DNA of 64,000 nt, from positions 14,624,001 through 14,688,000 of the forward strand of contig CP068257.2 of assembly GCA_009914755.4 (NCBI GenBank). The letters are read 5' to 3'. Below, piece after piece: positions 31,183 through 41,500 of this stretch (position 1 is its first letter; every line of letters begins with the position of its first letter). Made by a program: the position numbers and the translations under genes. Source of the stretch: the human T2T-CHM13v2.0 reference genome, Homo sapiens. The notes under the pieces are model-generated. The model saw only the letters and a list, made by a program, of their open reading frames with translations. It was not told the origin of the DNA and did not search any database.

Positions 31183-32718
31183 GAAAAGTGGGCCATCAAT
31201 ATTAAGTACAAAATTCTACCCTTAAGTGTATTAAGCATTCTTTGTAGCTTTATTTTCATCTTCTACATGATTAAACATAAATTTCCAAGAAGGGGTACAT
31301 CTGTAAATTAGACTTTGAAAAGGAGCAAGATACTTGTTTCGGGAGAAGTTCAGTAAAGGGAAGCCACCGTTAAAAATGTCAACTATTGTATATCCATGGT
31401 AAGTTTGAAACATGTTGCTTTTAATCTTGTGTTCTAATAGCCAGAATTTACAGTGCTGCAACAATTTGTTTTTAAGTGGCTGGAAAAATGTAGTGAAACT
31501 TGTTATTAAGTATCTTATTTAGCAGAAACACCTTGTAATTTGTCTTAATAGTTGTGTTATTAATTTCTTATCCTGCTTGGGCCACAGCCTATTCAGAATG
31601 ATCTGAACTGCCTATCCAATCTTTAGAGCATTTAATGAATACATTTTATCTTCCCAAAAGAGATCTAAACAGTTAACTTAAAAATTTTTCTTAAAAACAT
31701 AAATTATATTATAATTGAATATTCTTGGTTGTTAAGTAGAAAATAGTATCATGTCTAATCGTAACATAAAGAAGCAGCATACATGTATGCTACTCAATTC
31801 GTTTAGTTGCTAGTATACTGAAACTACTTGAGTCAATCCTTTTCATGTATAATATGATGCCCTTAAATTTTGTGGTTGAATACTTAGACAAAACATAGAA
31901 TTAAAGGAAATAATATCATTGGTGAATTATTTTGCCGTATAAGTAGGTAAACTCAGAGGACACACCTGTTCTTGACTGAGAATGTTAGGTATATATTTGC
32001 TACCAGAATCACATACCTCAACCAATAGCCAAATTGACCTGTTAGCATTAACCTATAGGAAGGAAATGGTTTCATTTGCTCTTGAGAAAAAAATCATAAA
32101 CCAGTGTCCGAAGTATGCAAATTTTTCAGTTAAGCAAAATGAGAAGACCAGATTATTCACCAAGTAATGCCACAAGGATTGTTTATGATATTGTTAATAA
32201 TTATTGCCTAATATATTGGGTTGCAATTGATGGTCCTCAAATCTAAGGAGATTTTAAAAAATGTTATATCCCACATCTCATTTCTGAGAGATGGTGGTAC
32301 CTCGGGTGTCTAATGCCTTGGGAATAAGATCCTAGCCTCTCCTAATATGCTGAGTGCCTTTCTGCCTTTGGTCCCTCACACAAGCTGTTCCATCTAGTGC
32401 AGAAACCTGGTGTGTTCTGATTCCCATAACGGGGTCATTCTCATTTTAAAAACTCATTTCACACATTGCCTTCTGTTGCCTTCTGAAGACCTTTTCTCCT
32501 GGCCTTTCCTGACCATTCTGTCTATGCAAGAACTCTTTCTCTTCTTCATTCTCATTATTCTCTATCATAGCATATAATCCTCTGATCATTTAAAATAATC
32601 CATATTGCGTTTTTAGAAGCTTGAACATTGCTAAATAGATATATAGAAAATATATGTTGAATGAACAAATTTCCTTCAAACCTAGGATAGCATAAAGGCA
32701 ATTAAAAAATGTTAGTTC

Positions 32719-32995
32719 GGCCGGGAGCAGAGGTTCATGCCTGTAATCCCAGAACTTTGGAAGGCCAAGGTGGGTGGATCACTCGAGGCCGGGAGTTCGA
32801 GACCAGCCTGGCCAACATGGCGAAACCCTGTCTCTACAAATGTACAAAAATTAACCTGGTGCGGTGGTGGGCACCTGTAATCCCAGCTACTCGGGAGACT
32901 GAGGCATGAGAATTGCTTGGACCTGAGAGGTGGAGGTTGCCGCTAGCTGAGATTTGGCACTGGGCAACAGAGTGAGACTCTGTCTAAAAATAACA
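32719..32995 (+). mobile_element. Alu SINE (older, with a 3' internal deletion)
   Basis: ggccgggagcagaggttcatgcctgtaatcccagaactttggaaggccaaggtgggtggatcactcgaggccgggagttcgagaccagcctggccaacatggcgaaaccctgtctctacaaa...ggaggttgccgctagctgagatttggcactgggcaacagagtgagactctgtctaaaaataacaataat. Lacks the gccactgcactccagcc segment. Flanks atgttagttc / atgttacttg resemble a target-site duplication. Confidence 0.9.
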
Positions 32996-35900
32996 ATAAT
33001 ATGTTACTTGAATGAATGATTGGATTTTAGACCAAAGGACTATTTGATGTAAAATGTTGTCAATGTCTATACTAGTTTATGAGTTACTTCAGAAATGTCT
33101 TTTGAGAGCAAGGCCTCTAATAAAACATCATATCCCCCAAAGAACAGTTGCCAATTTATTGCAAGTTTTTATAGCTTATTATATTTATCTTTCAAACCAT
33201 ATATATATAAACATATGGTTGTTATCTGACTGTCTGGAAGAAATAATGCTCTCTAGAAATATTGTCATGTTCCAACTTTCATTCAATGTTTTTTAAAGTA
33301 AAATATGCTTAGAGGGCAATAGTTTTCCATTTCTAGAACAAGTTTCACAATTATATGTATAAATTGAAGTGTATTGGCTTTTGATAGCAAAAGCTATAAT
33401 ACTACAAATGTCTAAATTGTATTTTGACATTATTAAATATAAATTGAGAAGTGTGAGGCAGTGCACTGGGCTCAAGATTTGAACTTGAGGCTTTGCTTTA
33501 AAGAACAATATAAACTAAGATAGATTTTTTTTCCTAAAATCACAGTGACATGTATTTTCTTGGATTAGTGAACAGTGTGGCTCATAGATGGGGTTTTACT
33601 TTTAGTCCAAAGCAACAATGAAAGCATATAAAGTTTTCATTGCCTATTTAGGATATATTATAAGCATATTCAGCATGGGGCTATAATTTTGTGACATAAA
33701 ATATTATTTATAAAGTCTTGACATTTAAAAATAGTTTTAAACACTTTCTTTAAAAAAAACATTAACTCAAGCTCATTACTTTTACCAAAATGTAGTATAG
33801 CTAATGGAAAAGTAATACAAAATTATGTTAATTAGATTGTTTTAAAAATCCCTTCAACATGGAAAAGTATCATGTTTTATGATTTGATATATGAAACTGA
33901 GCATCTGTGAACAAATTTAATTTTAAAAAGAAAAGTAAATCATATTTAGCCCTCTTTTTTTCAAATGTTAGAGAAAAATAAAAAAGCTGAGGAAATACAG
34001 CTAGTGATTTCTGATCTTCCTTTAGGAAATCCTGACATTCCAGAGAAACTTGGATAGACTCTGAAGGATTAACCCATTTCTGACTTTTCAGGAAGTTTAT
34101 CTTTCATTTAAAAGGATATCTGATGGGGTGGGATACAAAACTTAAAATAAAGAATATGTTAAATGCCATCTCAGGGATGCAAGTTTAACAGCGGTGGTAT
34201 TGGGCTTTAGAAACATATAAAAACAACATGACATTAACATAAAAAAATTACAAAAAAATATTAAAATGAGCATATAAGTGTTTTTTGTTTGTTTTTTTGC
34301 TTGCCTGTGTATAAACACGAAAGTGGTACATCTCTCATTTAAGTTATGGCCCATGTACTTGAAACAATTTTTTTGCTTTCTAAGTGATTGTATAATGAAT
34401 GGCCTAAGCTAACATTTACTTTAGCATTCACTCTGTCCTAGTCTATCCGTGTGTCAGCTGAGTTACTGTCAGAGGCTTGCTTGGCTTGTCTATCTCTGAC
34501 CTCTGCATTCTGAATTTGCTCTGATGAAGTTTTGTGGCCTAGAGCATGATTTCTGCAAGTCATCTGTGAGTGTGGCGCCTGCTCAGTCTAAGGACTAGAG
34601 TCTGATAGATCAGAGAGAGGCAAGAATAGACTCAGATGCCGTCAGTTTTGGAGGCCAATGAAAAGAAGGAAACAAAACTGAACAGCAGCTGTGTTGAAGG
34701 CTGTGCAAGGCCATCAGAAATTGGGTTCTTGAGGTGGATTGGAGGAGAACAGCCTCTGGATGTCTGCTGGGCAGTGACGATGTGTCTGGAGGCTTTGACA
34801 TTGGATTCATTAGGCATTGCTAATGTACACAAAAAATGTAGCAAAAATGATGCCTGTTTCTGGGTGAGAACATCTGGAGCACCATAGAAGATGTGGGAGT
34901 ACCTTCATGTCTCAGGCATTATCCATAGGCTTCGCTTGAAAAAAGTTCAGTTTACTTCTTATCACTAGAAAGAGAGTTTCACTAATAATAGTTATTATAA
35001 TAAACAGATTATTAAAAGATGACAGAGAAATGTGACATTATAAGGTTTTGCAGAAAGAATAAAATATTAAAGCAAAATTTGAAATTGTTTTTCTAAGTGG
35101 ATAAAACTTTTCCAAACTCCAAAATTTCAGGATCATATGATTTGCATTAAATGACATAGATTTTTTTTAATAAAACCACCAAATTATTTAATTTAAATTT
35201 GAATTATTCCTCATCTATGGAAGGAGCATACTGCATTTTAAATAAGGAATATATTTCAATATTATAACTCAGAGAGCTATAAATTGTGATTTTCTTGAAG
35301 ACATTCATTACATGTTGGAGAAAATCATGAGACTGTAAATTGAAATGTTTAAAACTGATGTGAAAAAGGAAAAAATCCTTATTTCTAAAATAAAGTGAGG
35401 GAGGAATGGGAGATGGTGAAAGTATATAAAGCGTAAGAATGAATATGTTCCGGAGATCTATTTTACAGCATGGCAACTACAACGTATTGTATTTTGTACT
35501 CAAAAAATTTTACAAGAATAGATCTTAAAAGTTCTCACCACAAAAATAAGTATGTGAGGTGATTTAATCATTGTACAATGCATTTGTATATATCAAAACA
35601 TGAGACTGTATACTATAAATGTATACCATTTTTAAATTTGTCATTCTATCTTAATAAAGCTGGGAAAAAATAAAATAAAGGGAAAATAAATCATTGAACC
35701 ACCATTAGTGTTGGTATACAGTGGATTATCTGTGCTTTCTAATAATTTACATATATGAAGATTATCTTACGTTTAGTGCTTAAAAAGAATTTAAAATAGT
35801 GATTCTATTATGTGTAAATGGAGTATACAGTGGGCATATTTCTTTTGTTTACTGGGATATGCTTTGTGCAAGAAAAAATCTAGAAGCAGTAATCTTGGTC

Positions 35901-36239
35901 ATTTTGATGTAAAGTAAGAGTAATCCAAATAAAGTCATTTTGCTGAGAGATGAGAGGAAGCTGGTATTTTAAATAAAGGATTTCTTATGCTAATTTCAAG
36001 GTAGAAGTTTTGGTGTGTGCTAATTTTGCTTGAAATATCAAAATGGCTATGTCATATTAGATTAAAAATAGAAAGAATTCTTTCTCCTATGGTTTTTATT
36101 GTTTAAAAAGGATTTTTTAAAATGCAGCTTAAATGAAGAGAGTACTCTCCATTTTTGGTTGGATCCTACATTGCAATACTCATTTAGGCATATTTGCTTT
36201 AAATGACCAGGTACACTAATTAAAAAGAAAACAATTTAC

Positions 36240-36700
36240 CAGGAGCTGTATCAAGTACAGCCCTGCAAACGGTATAAGCTTTTTCCGAGAATCCATATTG
36301 TCCTTGGACTTGGCTGTTGTATTATACTTTAAACGGAATTGATTGTATGGTTGTAATGAAAGTAGCAGATTGATTTTTATCCAGTGTTACAAAGAGTAAA
36401 TAGAAAAATGTTCCTGTCTTGACCTGCATTCGTAACCAATGGGATTTGCTGGCTTTAGACCCAATCTTTAATAAGAGATAACATGCAAATGTAATAAAAC
36501 TGGCTTCGAAGTTTAAGGATCTTTTCAATGCTCATCAAAGATGTTTGTTGAGGCATTTAAATGTGTTGTATTGATTAGATCACAATCACCTAGGAAATGT
36601 TACTTTCTTTAAATGTTATTCATAATTTATTATGTAATTAGCATTCATAGAGTTGTGCCTTTATACACATATTAAGATTATTGAAGTGCGGGTTATGACA
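36240..36700. promoter_or_regulatory. Candidate enhancer-like unique element with POU octamer and homeodomain (TAAT) motifs
   Basis: Canonical octamer ATGCAAAT at 36483-36490 inside acatgcaaatgtaataaaactgg. Palindrome catttaaatg follows. TAAT-rich stretch attcataatttattatgtaattagcattcat near 36620-36650. Non-repetitive and CpG-retaining (caaacggtat, ttccgaga, aaacggaatt, cattcgtaacc, gcttcgaag). Confidence 0.2.
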
Positions 36701-39700
36701 CAATGGTATACCTTTTAATTGTCCTTAAAATTGAATTGTCTTTTATTGTTATTTAAGCAAATGATGATGGTTTAATGACTGATTATTTGTGAGTAAATTT
36801 TTACATTGCAAAATATTAGAGAAAGGTGTAATTGGCTTACTATAGCAGGATATTGTAGCAGTGTTTCTTGAAGGGTCTATTCCTGCTGAATTCAGAGTTA
36901 TTGCATTATTTATTAAAAACTGAAATACTTGTTTCCAATAGTGAACTCAGTCTTTTTTCTCCACCTTTTCTTGGTAATTTAGAAGTTAACCAAATATGCG
37001 TGTTATAGTTACATTTTAGATTCTAATTTTTAGGACTTCATGAGCCTCTATTCCTGTTCATCATTTTGTAAACAGAACTCAAGCCCACAAAACAAGGAAT
37101 TTAAACTATAAAGTGCAGTTGATAAATTTGCTTTGCTATAAATGAAGGGATGCAAAAAAAAAAAAGTAACAATTCATTTGTAAGCAACAGTTTCTTCACA
37201 CATTATGTGACTTTTTTTGGATTTGTTTTATGTTTTGGGTAAAACAGTTTAGTATAATGATGCCTAAATGAGACAAAACAAAATAAATTAAAAAACAAAA
37301 CAAAAACAAAAACTAACACATTTGACTGCCGATGTTTCTCAGTTGTAGCTTCCAAGAGCTCTCTATTCTTCCCAGCCCACTTGATACCCTGCAGGTTGTG
37401 GCAGACAATTCACAGGAAAAGCTTAGACATCGAGCTTGCACGCTTCTTGACTCCATTTTAAACCTTTTGTTCACACCAGGGTGGCATTTTTTCACACCGC
37501 ATGTGGCAGTTTTGACTCCTATCCAACTTGTCTTATAAAATCAAAGTCTGTGATTTTTACATTCACGGGGCTGCTTCCTGAACCGCTACTACTGTTTGTG
37601 TCTTTCCTAGTGATTGGTGCAGAAGTTTATAGCAAAATGTGTTTTAGGGAGAGGGAGGAAGAAGAATGCAATATGAAAAATGTTCTGGGCCTGAAACACA
37701 GGAAATAAATTTTGAATAAAACAGAGGTTGACTCTGAAAAGATCATACCCGAAATAAAATACACTGGCCTCTATTTCTATTATTTTTTGCAGCACTATGC
37801 TGGGTGTTCAGGTAAATTCTTTATGGAAACAATACAATGACATCATTTTCAGGTTGCATGATGTTATTTTTAAAAAGCTGTCATGTAATTGCAAAACAAA
37901 GTCTTATCCTCAGAGCCGTACAGTTATTTTCTTATATAATATTTTATAATATTCAGTGAGTGCAAATGAATTTTACTTTTAGATAAAACCATTTGGTATG
38001 CTCCACTTAACTATGAACAAAACAAAACCTATTATTTTAAAAATCTATACTATAAACCACACATTTAAACAATTTCAATAACAACATCATCATTCGGAAA
38101 CTTTTCTTCTTTCCCCTATGTTTAATTAAAAATATCACTTCAGTCATTTATACTTTCTAAATATAAGTTGTACAGCTATTTCAAATAAATTACATGAAGA
38201 GGATAGTCATAAAATAACAACAGAAGTGAAAAATTTTACCAAATACCAAAGTAGGTAAATTGGCTTTCTTCTGTAATTATTAGGAAGACATAAAACTATA
38301 GATAGGAAATCTCTGCAGACAATCTGACAGTAATCGCTATATAAATCTTTATATTTTTCCTTTGAAATTCTTATTTTGTTAAAATATCATCTTTTAGTTG
38401 TGTTAGCAAAAACATAATGAAAGAATATTCTAAAATATTTGCAAGGCATATGTTTAATTCAGTTATTTTTTTGTGTAGGGAGGACAGAGGAGGATTTCTG
38501 CTTTCATCAACAAATAGAAAATCATAATTATATTATTTTTTATATTTTTGCAAGTTATAGAATAAGCACTCTTATTTTTAAATTACTACTTTTTAAACAT
38601 TAACAATTCATTCACCAAGAAATCAGTCAATAGAAGTAAATCTTTATGAAGTAATAAGTATTTGTGAACAGTGGTAAACTTCAAGATAAATATTATGACG
38701 TATTTAATTTAGCTTTTAGCTACAAAACCAACTTAATGAAATCATTTCAGCTAATTCAAATTGTATAATTGGTATATCAAAATAACCAAATTATTGTATT
38801 TAAGAAAAAAATAACAAATAGTTGTAGATTATAGTCTTATTCCTCCTTCCAGGGAATACCTAATTAAATTAAGTGCATTTGAATTATTCATTACAATATT
38901 TGAAATATGAAATGGATCCAATAAATTGAGAAAGACTTCAATTTAGAATTTAGATTTTTTTTTTAAACTTTCTGGACAAGAACATAGGGAAATAGCATTT
39001 TGTTGTAAGTCTTGTAACAGTAGGCATACTAGCAGACAGAACAACTGTACACTTTCCCTTTCACAGATAGAAAACTATTTCAACTACAATTTCTATAAAG
39101 TATTAGGGAAGAAAATACAAACAATTTTCAAGAATAACTAAATCCAAATGGTTAATGTAAGTAAAAATCTATTTAAAACAAATGAATTGCAATAAATGTT
39201 ATAGTCTGGGATTTCTTTTTATTATGCACAGATATTTATCAAGTACAAGTTTTTGCCCCTCTTTTAGTTAATTTAAAAATTTGACCTCATAAGAAATAGA
39301 AAGGAAAATATTTTTTGTATTTGCATATACAAATTTTATAAAGATCAAATAAAATCCTTGTCATTAAAAGCAAAACAAACAATTGAAAGCAAGTGAAATA
39401 TTCAAATAAACATATACGTATTTAACCCAAGTTTAATATTAAGCCCTCTTATAAAACTAAACGGCATCTAGAGATCTCACAAAGCATTTGAAACTAAAAA
39501 TATGAAAAACAAAGAAAATCATCTAAAGAAAGGTAAGTTTATGAAATAAAATTTACCTACTTTTGCAGCTGTTGTATTTGTTGAAAAAAAGTATGACTTT
39601 ATTTCATGTGCATGCCAAAGAATGTAGAAATACTGTATATTTAGTTCATCATTTCTCATTATCTAGTATAGAAAACCCACAACTTTTATTACTTTAAATT

Positions 39701-39702
39701 TC

Positions 39703-39894
39703 TTATTTTCTACCCTCCCCGCCTATGCCCTCGATGTCTTCAGAGTCTCTTCTGGCCAGCATATCTTCTGCTTGAGGTGGATCAAAATAAAGCCCCCAAA
39801 CAGACACACACAAAATAACCACCATCCAGCTGAGGAGAAATAGTTTTTCTGCCTTTGCCCTATCCTTATGTGTTAATAAAATCAGCTCATACAT
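39703..39894 (-). other. 63-aa ORF (candidate single-pass membrane micropeptide) inside a short G+C-rich islet
   Basis: ORF track 39703..39894 -: MYELILLTHKDRAKAEKLFLLSWMVVILCVSVWGLYFDPPQAEDMLARRDSEDIEGIGGEGRK. Basic N-terminus, 20-residue hydrophobic stretch (LFLLSWMVVILCVSVWGLYF), acidic tail. AATAAA on the same strand about 12-18 nt after the stop (plus-strand tttatt at 39685-39690). No homologue recalled. Confidence 0.12.
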
Positions 39895-40839
39895 TCTGCC
39901 ACAAAATTCAGCTTGGAAGTAATCCTCTGCTACTTAGAGCTGGATGAAAAGAGTACTCATTGTGAATTATGTTTCATCTGTCACAATAACCTTCTTTATT
40001 CTGTCAGGGACCTCCCCTTTGCCTGTGGCAATTAGAGAAAATAGGTATGCGTTGAAGTATGAAATAGTGGGTTCTTAAAATGAAACAAAACAAAACAGAA
40101 ACTGATGACACATACAGACAGTACTTGCTAAGCAATATACTGCAGATTAGTAGAGGAGGCATTTTAAAGTCATTCTGATTTTACAAGAACACAGTAAAAG
40201 AATGCTTTTTAGAATGAGCAGGTGTTATAGTTGCTATTAGTTATTGTCAACATTAGTTATTGATGACAAGCTGTGAATTGTAATTGTACTAAAAATGAAA
40301 TGTGAAAATCTTTTTATATTGTGTACTTTCTAATTAAATCATGCCATAAGATATATATCATAAATATATAGTATTTATTTAACATATGAAATCGCCATGA
40401 TTTTATATGCCTTTCACAGATCATAATGAATTTATGTGCTTTTGAGTCTATTTTAATGCTCCAGAATAACATTTTTGCAAATTTTTTAATGGGCAAAAAC
40501 AAAGAAAAACTTTCCCTTGAAACAGAGCTTATCAGACAATTTTGTTTAATTTAAAATCAATGTGATTATTTGATTTACTTACTCTTACAAATCACTGAAA
40601 TTACCTGGAGGCAGTTCAAGTTCACCTTTCTGGAATAAACCTGTTAAATGATAGACACCATCTCATTATCTCCTTGAAAGAACACCTCAACTTTTTGGCT
40701 TCATAGGTTACAGTCAAAGTTATACTATCTCTAGTTACAAATGAATTAATCTAGAAGATCTTAAAAAGCTTAAAAGGAAAACAAACATAGTTGACAGAAA
40801 AGAAAATGCTCCTTCTAATACCAAAAGAAAGTCACTGCT

Positions 40840-41500
40840 GACGAAGTAACTGAAACGGTCATCGTAACAGTTGGATAAAGACATATAAATAATTTAAGCT
40901 AACACGAAATTCATAAAGTCTGAAGAAAAAATTCTTGAGGCTAAAAGGAAAACCTTTTGGCCCACTGCACAGGTTGGGCACAAAAGTGCTTGCTAAGCTA
41001 TCTATTTCACACATGCAACGACAGAAGGTTCGATATTCATTCGATCGATGAGTGAAAAGGCACAATGGCAAAATCAGACAGACTTCTTTTCAAATACAGA
41101 TCTCCAATGTCCCCCTCCAGTCTGCAGATGCACGGCTGGTGGTGTGGCTCAGACGGAGCAAGGGTTACATCAAGGCTATTCTCTGGACCGTGCAAACAGT
41201 CTAGACCAATGACCTGCAGCATCATGTCCTTTGAAGAAGAGGCAAGTTCGGTCATGATGAAGAAAAATCAAGGCGTACCCCTTTTAACAATAGGGAGCAG
41301 CTCGAGGCTGCAAAGAGGTAAGCAGGGTGAGAAGAAAACGGCATCTGCTTCCATGGTTACAGGCCAACTATGAGAACCTTGCTTTTCAAAGGAGTCTGTT
41401 CTCAGGCTCCCTCACAGGGTATGTCATGCATTATAAGCAAAGGCAGGTTGAGCTGAAATCCGCATAGTTATTTCAGAGTAAAATGATACGGAGCACATGG
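40840..41500 (+). promoter_or_regulatory. CpG-enriched unique patch with Kozak-context ATG ORF ending at a consensus 5' splice site (candidate promoter / first exon of an unannotated transcript)
   Basis: About 17 CpGs in 660 bp, including ttcgatattcattcgatcgatg just upstream of ATG 41065 (context cacaATGg). Open frame of 85 codons runs to CAAAGAG|GTAAGCAGG, with the exon ending at 41319 on a codon boundary. No repeat recognised. No recognisable protein homology. Confidence 0.2.
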
